A DNA stretch of 64,000 nt from NCBI GenBank assembly GCA_963782915.1, contig CAWALK010000020.1:64001-128000 (forward strand). Reading direction: 5' to 3'. The translations under genes and the position numbers were made by a program. Under the pieces are notes generated by a model. That model did no database searches. It was given only the letters and a program-made list of their open reading frames with translations, and had not been told where the DNA came from. The stretch comes from an uncultured archaeon (GTDB lineage: Archaea > Thermoproteota > Bathyarchaeia > Bathyarchaeales > Bathycorpusculaceae). This document shows, one piece after another, positions 22,596-31,643 of the stretch; positions within the stretch are counted from its first letter, which is position 1, and each line of letters begins with the position of its first letter.

Positions 22596-22775
22596 ATGTG
22601 TGAATTCAACGTAATCCTAAACGGTAAAGTCCAATTCAAAGATGTAATTTACGCGAAAACCCAAGGCACAACCGTAATCGTTAGAGACATAATGGGTGCA
22701 GGGCAAGAATTTGAAAACTGCAAAATCGCCGAAGTAGACGTACCCAACGCAAGACTAGTACTCGTCCAAGCATAA
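22596..22775 (+). CDS. CooT-family nickel-binding small protein (59 aa, not in the ORF track)
   Basis: MCEFNVILNGKVQFKDVIYAKTQGTTVIVRDIMG...IAEVDV shows the MCE start and DIxG pattern. Confidence 0.75.
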   Translation: MCEFNVILNGKVQFKDVIYAKTQGTTVIVRDIMGAGQEFENCKIAEVDVPNARLVLVQA

Positions 22776-23026
22776 CCTGGAAATTAAGCCAAGTTGGGGC
22801 AGCTTTTGCAACTAAGTAAGTTCAGCCATATGTTAACTGAACTGCAAAATAAAATATGTTGACAAACAACACAAGCCTTCAGGTAATGGCTTACCTGCCA
22901 AGCATATAGGCTATATACAGTAAACACCGCTAAACCGTTTGAGTTAATATGGTTTAGAACATTTTTTTTGGCTTTATATATCCAAAAAGTAACTAGTAAA
23001 GTAGCAACTTCCTCAACGCCACCGAA

Positions 23027-23728
23027 TTGGGCAAGGAAACCCTGATGAGCAGTAGTCAAGAAAGATTTGAACGAGACCTCACCAACCTTCTATCCAGGTT
23101 AACATTCAATGTGGAACCAAACGTTGAAAACAAACTGAACATGCTAAAAGAATGGCTAATCAAACTTCAAAAAGAAAATCTTGTAAAAATCAATCACTCC
23201 GTAATGGAACTCGTATGCGCCAAATACTTAATCCAAAAAGGCTACGAACTCCAACTCGAATACCCACTAAACGAGTTGTTAACTTGCGACTTATATGGCA
23301 TCAAAGGCTTAGGCAACTTAGTGGTAGAAATCGAGACAGGCTTCATCCCACCCGAAAATGCACTGGCACCCCTAACTTACACTTCAGCACGGTTAGCTAG
23401 CAAAATCATCCGTTACAGCAGTTTCGCAGGCAAATTCGCCTTAGGTATGCCGCCCCATTATATTCTGCCGTTTCCCCGCACATTAGCCAAACCTCCACGG
23501 AACCGCTCAGACCTCGAAATTGAGCAGATCAAAGCACTCTGCGATGCATATTACCAGAAACCACCCGTAACCCTTGAAGAAGTCCGCAATGCACGCATAC
23601 AAGAAATCTACATAATCGACGTAGACCGTGGTTGCGTTAAGGAGCTTGACCCGGATTCGTATATGCGAAGGGCAATACAGAAAGGGGTCGTGTTTGACTG
23701 TTTATCGCCTGAACTACCGGAGCAATGA
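23027..23728 (+). CDS. Conserved hypothetical protein, PD-(D/E)xK-like fold
   Basis: HSVME...EY..CDLY...VVEIETG pattern. Confidence 0.55.
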   Translation: MGKETLMSSSQERFERDLTNLLSRLTFNVEPNVENKLNMLKEWLIKLQKENLVKINHSVMELVCAKYLIQKGYELQLEYPLNELLTCDLYGIKGLGNLVVEIETGFIPPENALAPLTYTSARLASKIIRYSSFAGKFALGMPPHYILPFPRTLAKPPRNRSDLEIEQIKALCDAYYQKPPVTLEEVRNARIQEIYIIDVDRGCVKELDPDSYMRRAIQKGVVFDCLSPELPEQ

Positions 23729-23991
23729 CGACCTGCATGTCATTCTATGTTTACATCTTGAAATGTGTTGACGGGAGCTTCTACACAGGCTACACTAAAG
23801 ATATTGATGAGCGGACACGGCAGCATCAGAATGGCAAAGGCGCAAAATACACTAAAGCCCATCCGCCTGAGTATTTGGCTTATGTAGAGCTGTTTGATAC
23901 CCGTAGTAAAGCGATGAAGCGGGAACGGGAAATCAAGAAATTAAGTCACCAGCAAAAGCATAATTTGGTTATTTCTCAGAAGAAGCCATAG
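23725..23991 (+). CDS. GIY-YIG nuclease (YhbQ-like)
   Basis: Motifs YVYIL..DGSFYTGYT, GAKYT and AMKREREIK. Confidence 0.92.
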   Translation: MTTCMSFYVYILKCVDGSFYTGYTKDIDERTRQHQNGKGAKYTKAHPPEYLAYVELFDTRSKAMKREREIKKLSHQQKHNLVISQKKP

Positions 23992-25226
23992 CTCATTAGC
24001 AATGTTAAGGCTGCACCGGTAATCACGGGCACTAATACGTTATCGTTAACTGGCAGTGGCAGGACCTCGATGGTCATGGCAATTGCTGCTCCAATCAAAG
24101 CTAGGAGGGGAGAAACAAAAAGTGTGCCGGCCAAAAAAGCAAAGAAGAACCCGGCGAGTGAGCCCTCTATGGTTTTACCTTTGTTGAAAGGTAATGAAGT
24201 TGTTATCATTCCCCCAAAGATGGATGCTGTGCTGTCGCCTAAACAGAACATTGCGATTGCTGCTCCCCCTGCATGTGAGGGAAACAGTAGTAATGTTGCG
24301 ACTATTCCAACGGCGAAGTAGAGTGGTGCGGCTGCGAAGCCGAAGAGTTCCGATTGATTAGCAGAGTGCCGTGTTATATCCGAAATTAATGGTAAACTGT
24401 AGCCGTCCAGCCGTAGAAGTTCAGACATGGTGTATATGATGGCTATTATGATGATTATTGTGGCGACTATGGGTACTCCGATCATGCCTGCGATGACTGG
24501 CATGAAGAATCCGGCGGCGTGTATGTCTTCTCTGACTAAGTCGTTGGTTGAGGGGAAAGATCGTTTATGTTTTTTGCCGTCGATGATGGGTAGGATGCTT
24601 GTGAGTTTTCCGTTGACTACTCTGTCGGCTTTTACTCTGATGATGAAGTCGGGGTTGAAACCGATTTTTAGGATGCCCGGCATGAATATGCAGCGGTTGT
24701 TTCGGTCATCCGCTACGACGATGCAGTTCTGTGTTAGTAAGCCTTCGCTGTTTAGGATGTCGCAGAGGATTTTTAGTTTGCCGTTTTTGGTGATGGCTTC
24801 GCCGTGGATTTTACCGGTTAATCTTCCATCTTTGAGTTCTACTTCGACGCCGTATGCGTAGTCGGCGCAGAGTGAAGCTGCGAGTTTTTTAACTGCGACT
24901 GTTGGTATGCCTGAGCTGATTAGGGCGACTTTGCAGTTTCGAGCTTTAAGTTGTCCACAGAGGCTTTGAAGATAAGGGGTTGCTGGGATTCTGCCGAAAA
25001 TATTTAGGATAGTCTCGATTTTTGTGCCTTTTAAATCGCCGTAGATGTGCCGTAGAGCCGATTCAAGCTTAATGGCGCCTGCTTCATAGAGAAAACCCCA
25101 GATTAACACTTTAAGAAGCCCAATGAACCCTAAGGTTTTGCCCACTTCGAAAAAGAAGCGGTTTTTAGGAATCAGCACTCCTTCAACGTCAAAAACAACA
25201 AGCCGAGGCTTCTCTGGTTGAGCCAT
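23976..25226 (-). CDS. HAD (SerB-like) phosphatase fused to dolichol/phytol kinase-like membrane domain
   Basis: N-terminal FDVEGVL, ISSG, K and ADD motifs; C-terminal REDIH, GDSTASIFG, KTIEGS and NDN motifs; start MAQP at 25226. Confidence 0.8.
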   Translation of the reverse strand: MAQPEKPRLVVFDVEGVLIPKNRFFFEVGKTLGFIGLLKVLIWGFLYEAGAIKLESALRHIYGDLKGTKIETILNIFGRIPATPYLQSLCGQLKARNCKVALISSGIPTVAVKKLAASLCADYAYGVEVELKDGRLTGKIHGEAITKNGKLKILCDILNSEGLLTQNCIVVADDRNNRCIFMPGILKIGFNPDFIIRVKADRVVNGKLTSILPIIDGKKHKRSFPSTNDLVREDIHAAGFFMPVIAGMIGVPIVATIIIIIAIIYTMSELLRLDGYSLPLISDITRHSANQSELFGFAAAPLYFAVGIVATLLLFPSHAGGAAIAMFCLGDSTASIFGGMITTSLPFNKGKTIEGSLAGFFFAFLAGTLFVSPLLALIGAAIAMTIEVLPLPVNDNVLVPVITGAALTLLMSYGFF

Positions 25227-25293
25227 ATCTAGTAGCATCCACAAAAAGCGTGCATTGCGCCTAAAAGAGAAAGGTGGCTTGCTTAAAGATAAA

Positions 25294-26641
25294 TCATGCT
25301 GTCGAGTTGCAGCTGTGCTCCTTATTTTGGAGTTCAAGGGGGCAACCGCCGCCGCAAACCTGGAGGTCGTTGCAGTCTTTGCATTTAGCTTCCACATATT
25401 CCCTTTTACGCAGCTTCTCGGCTAAGGAATTCTGCCAGATTTTCGTCCATGGGTCGGTGAGGATGTTTCCGAGGCTTTCAAAGTAGCTTTGGCAAGGATA
25501 CACATCGCCGTTTGGGCCTACACAAGCGTTGATCATGGCGGCTGTACAGCTCTTCACGCCGAGTCCTAGCTGGACGGGGTTGAAGTTGCAATATTGGGTT
25601 GGCGTGTACCAGAGGAATTTGAGGCCGAGCAAGTGGGCTTTGTCGCGGATTCTGGGTAGCAGCGCCTTAAGTTCGTCGGTGGTTAGGGCAAATTCGTTGC
25701 TTGCGGCGGGTGCTTTACCGCTGTAGATGAGGCTGTTGCAGCCAAAAGCGTCCACACCTAAATTTTTGATGTAGTCGACTGTTGTGAGGAAGTCGGCTGC
25801 GTTATGTTTGCTAAGCGTGGTGTTGGTTGAAACGTAAATTTGCGATTGTACTGCGTTTTGGATGCCCTCTACGGTTTCACTCCAGCTGCCAACTGCTGAT
25901 GTCATGGCATCATGCACTTCAGCTTTATGCGATTCAAGGGTGATTTGCACGAAGTCTAAACCCGATTTTTCCAGCGTAGTCCACAAATTCTTTATCCTTG
26001 AGCCTTCGCCCGTTGCTGATTAAGCCTGTGACCATGCCTTTGGTTTGGGCATACAGCAGCAGCTCAGGTAGGTCGTCGCGGAGTGTGGGTTCGCCGCCGG
26101 TGAAGGTTAAGATGAAGACTCCTACGTCGCTGAGTCGGTCGATAGCGGTTTTCCATTGCTCCGTCGATAGTTCGGGTGTTTCGTGGGGTCCGCCGGCGTA
26201 GCAGTGGATGCAGTCGTTTTGGCAACGGAAAGTCAATGCCATGTCCATGCGTAATGGTGCGGAGTATTGGTAGGTGAAGGGTTCTTCTTTTTCTATTTCC
26301 AGGAAGGTGACGGGGTCGATTTTTTCGGTTTGGGCTAGGGTGCTGATTGTGTAGACGAGTTTTTCGTAGTCGGCTTTGGCTTGGCTGGAGCTGACGTGGT
26401 ATAATCCGCGGATTTTTGTTAAGACGGTGGTTTCGGGTAGTCCCTGCATGAAGTAGTAGGCGAATGCGGTTGCGGAGTGGTTTAGGTGTAGGATGGTGTT
26501 TGCGTTGATGACCATGACGCCCTTTCCGCCTTGTTCAATTCTAAGTTGCAGCGACATCCCGGAGTATTTGTCCTGTCCACGGTAACTATAGCGTCCCACA
26601 GGCACTTTCTGTTTTTTACCAATGTTTTTTAGAAAACTCAT
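25294..26641 (-). CDS. Radical SAM/SPASM enzyme with N-terminal PqqD/RRE-like domain (indel near 25980)
   Basis: CQNDCIHC and TGGEP; SPASM C..GDVYPC...CKDC..CGGGC; N-terminal LHLNHSA...helical wHTH-like region. Confidence 0.9.
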
Positions 26642-28287
26642 TTAGTGGCCTCCTCCTCCTGCACATGCACAAGCACAACTGACACAAGCACAGGCACACG
26701 CGCATGCTGCACAGGCACAAACGCAGTCCGCTCCTTTGCGGGTGGGTTCATGGCTGGCTTTAGGCGCTGGCGGAACAATAGCGTTAGCGAACTTTTCTAA
26801 GTTGACTACTATGTTGCTGGACGTTTTCTCCATTGAAGTGGCGATGTTGTTGGCGAAGTCTGCGCCCGGAATCGCCGGCGCCGGACCCGATTGTGCGGGT
26901 GCATTAATGTTTGGCGTGTAAATTGGGTGCGGATGATAAATGGTGTAGCCGTACCACCACCAGAACCACAGGGGCTGGGGTTGGAAGGGGCGGTTGCGGA
27001 AGGCGGTTTCGGTTTGGGCTCGTTGGTTGGGGTCAAGCATGAGCCAGAGCAGTTGCTCGTTGTATGCGTTGGAGGCGAATTCGGGGGTGCCTGCCTGTTC
27101 CACTTGCGTCCAAGCTTGGGCTACGATTTTTCGGTAGTAATCCACGGTGTCTTTTCGGCTGTAGCCTTTCAGCTTCTCTTCTGTGGTGTCCCGGAGGAAC
27201 ATTATGGCTTTGGCGAGTTTTTCTTCGTCAAGTGTGCCGTCGGCTTTGAGGCTGTTGAGGAAATCGATTTCGTAGTAGCGTAAGGGGTTGTCTTTGGTGC
27301 CGGTTTTGTTCTCGTATGGCGCCAGCACTTTAAGCTTTAGCGAGGGTTTAGTTTGTTCTGCCCAAACTGCCCGTTTCTGCAGGAAGCTGTAGAGGATTTC
27401 GGTGACTATCTGCGGCGGCTTCATATCCAGGAGATATGACGCTTCGACGGCGGTTAAGCCCCGTTTGACGCCCAAAGTTTCCATGCTGACTTTGGGGGCT
27501 GAGTAGCTGCTTTTGCTAACTCTGTAGATGATGAATATGAAGACAAAGATTGCCGCCAAAACCGCTACTACGGCGATTATGATGATGAATGTGTCAAAGC
27601 ACCGCCTGAGTGGTGCGGCGTGGGGTGAAGTTTGGCAGAAACTGGGCTGGGAAAGAGACGCCCACAGTAAAGCGTTCATCTGGCGCCAATAGAGGGCTTC
27701 TCCCAGTAGACCGCCAAGTTACCATCAACGGTGGAGGTGCCGTTGTAGAAGTTCTGGGTGGTTTTCACATCGCTGAGGTTGTTACGCCGGCTGGCAAGAT
27801 AATTTGGACTGCGTACATCGTTGATGGCTGTATCGGCCTCATCCCACTGTGGAATAAACTGCATGCCAAGTTGCCGGGGTTAGTGGTGTCGTTAGTATAT
27901 CATACCGGCGACGTTGGTGGTTACTTGTATACCAGATGATTGTCTCCGCACGTTGAGTGGGATTCTTGAACATGGACATCGACGCCATAGTTGCTGCCGG
28001 TGTAGCGTCGTATGTGTTAGTGGGTTGCCGTATTGGTCTTTTGCTTGTCCGATGGTGAAGTCGCCGTTGGGTTGCCCAACATCAAACGCGCCGAAGGTGC
28101 CTGAAGTGATGGTTAGGGTGATGTTGTAGGTTAAGTCGATGGTGCCATCATGGTTGATGGCGATTTGTGCCCATTCATGGTCTACTGTGTAGGTGAGGTT
28201 TCCTGGGCGTTGGGCGAGGCTAGCCGCTGAAGCACACACAATGCATAGGGCAAGCAACGCCACAAACAGGGCAGAGCGGTTTACCAT
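26642..28287 (-). CDS. DUF2207-like membrane protein with C-terminal Cys-Ala repeat tail (several indels)
   Basis: Signal peptide, INHDGTIDLTY beta-domain, TM, GLTAVEASYLL; tail CVCACAACACACACVSCACACAGGGGH. Confidence 0.75.
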
Positions 28288-28634
28288 TTCGGTTCCTCAG
28301 CAACCTCAAAAGTTGTGCCGCAATATGGGCACTTAACATATGGCACGCCCTGTGTTATTTTGATTTGGTCTGCGTTGATGCTGCCGCCGCAGTTGGGGCA
28401 TTTGATTTGGGCTGCTTTCATTTCCCCTGAGAGTTCGAGGTGTTGGACGACGGTTTTGGGTCTGCGGTTAAGGTACCAGACTCCCGCAATCACGGCTATG
28501 CCGATTACGAAGAGGATGCCGCTGACTGCCAATCTCGAGGTAGTAGCTTGCACAGACGCCGCTAAACCAAAGATAATTGCAAAGAAGAAACAAATTGCAA
28601 CGACTATACCGCCGATAACAGTTATTAACTTCAT
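28281..28634 (-). CDS. Small 2-TM protein with zinc ribbon
   Basis: Two TM helices, CPNCG..CPYCG and EEPKW end; its stop overlaps the next ATG. Confidence 0.8.
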   Translation of the reverse strand: MKLITVIGGIVVAICFFFAIIFGLAASVQATTSRLAVSGILFVIGIAVIAGVWYLNRRPKTVVQHLELSGEMKAAQIKCPNCGGSINADQIKITQGVPYVKCPYCGTTFEVAEEPKW

Positions 28635-28731
28635 AACTGTGCTTGTAAAAATTAAAGATTTAAACCTAAGTCCCTACTACAATCGCCTACCGGTTAGACA
28701 CACAATAAAAAATAAAGGGAAAAAGAGTGTT

Positions 28732-28935
28732 TTAACCTACGTGCCTGCCTACAACGTCTTCCCCATGGAACTCTTTATGCGCCGTACGCAAATGCTCCAA
28801 ATGCGCCCCATGCAGATGCCTCTCAACCGCTTCCTCCACGGTAAAGGTTTCACCGCATTCAGGACACATAAAAGATTTCTCATTCACCTTAATCGCCGCC
28901 GTATCATGGCCTGGGGTATGTTTGGGCGCGCCCAT
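28732..28935 (-). CDS. Small C2H2 zinc-finger, His-rich protein
   Basis: FMCPECGETF..AVERHLHGAH; likely start MGAPKH. Confidence 0.65.
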   Translation of the reverse strand: MGAPKHTPGHDTAAIKVNEKSFMCPECGETFTVEEAVERHLHGAHLEHLRTAHKEFHGEDVVGRHVG

Positions 28936-29095
28936 ATTTTGATTAACGTTTTTCTTTGTATGAAGACAAAAATAAAACCTCAATTCCTAAGAAAAACAGC
29001 GCATGCAATGAACATATGTGGGTGTTTACTAACAACAACAAAAGCCAGAACCTCCAAAGCTATCGAAAAAGGTACAATGGCTATCCCGCCTAACT

Positions 29096-29518
29096 CTAAG
29101 GTTTAACTGTTCGTTTGTATTCCAGCGGCCGAATGATTTTGAAGTGTTTTATTTTCTTCCAATCGGTTGCATCCTCAGTTATTATCGTATCCAAACCCTT
29201 GCCAAGCATACATCCAGCGTGCACACAGTCATAACTAACGCCTGATTCAAGCGTTAACTTAGCAGCATCTTGAAGAATCCTTTCGTCTATCGGTATCATG
29301 TTTATGGGTAACGAGAAAAAAGCTTCCAACGCAACAGACGCTTTTTTGGGGTCTATCCGAGTTAATGCACCGAGAAGCTCAATTGGAACCAGGAAACCGC
29401 AGTAGACTTTGATTTTTTGGTTTTGGATGTCGTCAATTATTTTTTTGCATGCTTCCCCATAAATGGGGTGACCTAAAGCGGAGTAGATGAAAATATTGGT
29501 GTCAACGTAGTAGCTCAA
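29096..29518 (-). CDS. vapC: VapC/PIN-domain toxin
   Basis: YVDTNIFIY, E, YDCVH and TED..D acidic PIN residues. Confidence 0.9.
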   Translation of the reverse strand: MSYYVDTNIFIYSALGHPIYGEACKKIIDDIQNQKIKVYCGFLVPIELLGALTRIDPKKASVALEAFFSLPINMIPIDERILQDAAKLTLESGVSYDCVHAGCMLGKGLDTIITEDATDWKKIKHFKIIRPLEYKRTVKP

Positions 29519-29817
29519 GCTTTGTCTTCCTTTCGTTTATCGCTATGCGGTTTCTTGAACTTTACAGGAGACGTATTGGTTTCCCAAGAGTCCTCCACAA
29601 GTTTGACTGCATCAACATCTATGGGTTTGCCGAAAAGACACCATAGTGCATCAGAGGGGTTAGCGATACGCTTGGGGGCTTCCATGATTATTCGTTTGTT
29701 TTCGGACTTCACGATTAGTTTGTCGCCGATTTTGACTCCGAGTTCTGCACGAACGCTTTCAGGTATTGTGACTTGGTATTTTCGGGTCACTTTTACTTCG
29801 TCTTGCATGGGAATCAC
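29515..29817 (-). CDS. AbrB/MazE-type antitoxin
   Basis: KVTRKYQVTIPESVRAELGVKIGD; overlaps the PIN gene. Confidence 0.9.
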   Translation of the reverse strand: MIPMQDEVKVTRKYQVTIPESVRAELGVKIGDKLIVKSENKRIIMEAPKRIANPSDALWCLFGKPIDVDAVKLVEDSWETNTSPVKFKKPHSDKRKEDKA

Positions 29818-29888
29818 ACATTCACTGTAGGACCACCGTAGTACTTAAAACTTATCTGTGCTACAAAACTTCAAATTGTCCGAGCGTA

Positions 29889-29908
29889 ACTTGCACTCAA
29901 GAGGTCAG
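29889..29908 (+). repeat. Exact 20-bp copy of the tRNA-Ala anticodon arm (att-like scar)
   Basis: ACTTGCACTCAAGAGGTCAG is the reverse complement of 13724-13743. Confidence 0.75.
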
Positions 29909-29949
29909 TTTTTATTAATAACTAATGGTAGTGAATTGTTAAAGGGGCT

Positions 29950-30291
29950 TTAGAGTCCCCAGCTTTGTGTAATGTTTTGGTGAGTGCTCTTGTCGTGTTT
30001 TTCTTTTTTCTTGGCGGAAGCGCCTTTGAACTTGTAGATTTTGACTACGTTGTTTTCTGCGTTGACCCAATGTGTGGCGTTGAGGTTTTTATGGTAAATG
30101 AATTTTTTAACCATCATTACGGCATGGGCTATTTCGGAGGTTTCCATGTTTAGTTCTAGGCCCTTTGAGGTTTCTGAAGAAGTTATTTGGTATTGGCTGG
30201 CTATGAAGCTGGATAGGTTGGTTTTTTCGGCGTCTAAGTCTGCCATGTCTACTTTTACGGTGCTCTTATGCTTAAACAGCATAATCTTCAA
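29950..30291 (-). CDS. Ribosomal protein eL22-like protein
   Basis: VKVD...NLSSFI...VKKFIYHKNL..HWVNA..VKIYKF aligns by eye with the eL22 pattern. Confidence 0.55.
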   Translation of the reverse strand: MKIMLFKHKSTVKVDMADLDAEKTNLSSFIASQYQITSSETSKGLELNMETSEIAHAVMMVKKFIYHKNLNATHWVNAENNVVKIYKFKGASAKKKEKHDKSTHQNITQSWGL

Positions 30292-30547
30292 CTCTATTTG
30301 ATATGGGGGTTGTGGTGGTTATTAAAAGCTACTTAGTTAAGATTCAGGTTAGCGGTTAAAGCTGCTGAGCAGGCCGCGGCAGATGCACACAAAAAACAAG
30401 CCCTGCCTAACACCCACATAGAAAACAGTTGCTGCCCCAACCGAATGCAGGCTTCCGACTGTTTTTATCTTGCAACTGTTGAGCCTATAAATAAGGGAGG
30501 GGGTAGGTGCTCTGAGGTAGGTAGGTCCTGCTAAGTCTAAATCTGTT

Positions 30548-30680
30548 CTGCTTGCGGATTACTCCACAATCAACCTACAACCCGCCACAGACGCAGACCG
30601 CAAAACACAGCCGCCAACCAAACCCATTGGTAGTTGTTGAAATAAGAGGGGTAAACGGCAACAACAAAGATAGAAAAACA
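30548..30680 (+). repeat. Dispersed intergenic repeat, copy B
   Basis: CTGCTTGCGG..CACAA.CAACCT.CAACCC..AGACGC...GTTGTTG..CAACAAC is colinear with the reverse complement of 46225-46358. Confidence 0.7.
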
Positions 30681-30814
30681 GCTTAATCACCCGAGATTAG
30701 GGCATTAAACTGCTTCTGCTTGCGACATTTATTTAAACTTGGAACGCTAAACATAGCCAATATATCAATTAATATATCCATAGTGTGATAAGTTGATACC
30801 GAGGTTGGCATGGT

Positions 30815-31643
30815 TTGGCTTGGTATGATGATCCCATAATTGTAATGGTTGTCGCGTTAGTGATTATTACTGCTTGCGGCACCGTTGTTTTTGCCATGCG
30901 CCGCTACAGCAACAAGAACCCGGCTGCTCCCAAACAGGAAAAAGCGAAGACTCCAGAGCCCGAAAAGGAGCCACTCAAGCAGAAACCGTTGCAGCCAAAC
31001 ACAAGCATCGACCTCGAATACACCAACATGCCCACTAACATGTCTATGCCGTTTAGGGTTTCTAAAAGCATTCAGGGCACAATGGCAAACAGCGCCAAAG
31101 ACGAACTCCGCATGCTCGATTTGGAACGCGAAATCCTCGGAGACGCCATCCGCACGACTCTACGAAGCTCAAGCAGAAGGCAAAATCACCGAAATAGAAC
31201 GCGAAAAACTCGCCGCCAGCTACAAGCAGCGGATGAACACCATCAAAGAATCCATAACAAAAGACGAAGGCATCATCGCCCTCCATGAACTCGAAGGCAT
31301 GCAAGAAGACCTCATGAAACTCTTCAGCGAACGATTCGGCGAATTAACCAGCAAAGTCGAAGAACTCAGAGGCAGAATCGACGTAAAACCCATCCGCGAA
31401 ATCCCAATCAAACCCATCCGCACAACCCCAATCCGCATGGACGACGCCGAAGAAGAGGAAGAAGAAACCGAAGAGGAAGAAACCTCCGAAGTCGTGGCAG
31501 AAAGAAAACCCGTCGTGAAGAAACGTAAGCCACCGGAAGAGAAGCCAACTCAGAAAACGGAAGCAGAAAAACGCATCGAATCAATTCGTAGCGAAGTTGA
31601 GAAAGTATTAGACAAATTAGGACAGATGGAAATTGAAGCTTAG
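30815..31643 (+). CDS. Membrane-anchored coiled-coil hypothetical protein (indel near 31155)
   Basis: N-terminal TM, helical LDLEREIL...LYEAQAEGKIT, and an acidic stretch. Confidence 0.6.

Noticed and set aside
26642-26725. TGTGCN run as a DNA microsatellite or CRISPR-like array
   Set aside because: Third codon positions vary and there is no repeat-spacer periodicity. It is a protein-level repeat.
28315-29106. 263-aa plus-strand ORF
   Set aside because: It is the antisense shadow of two better-supported minus-strand genes and has no recognisable motifs.
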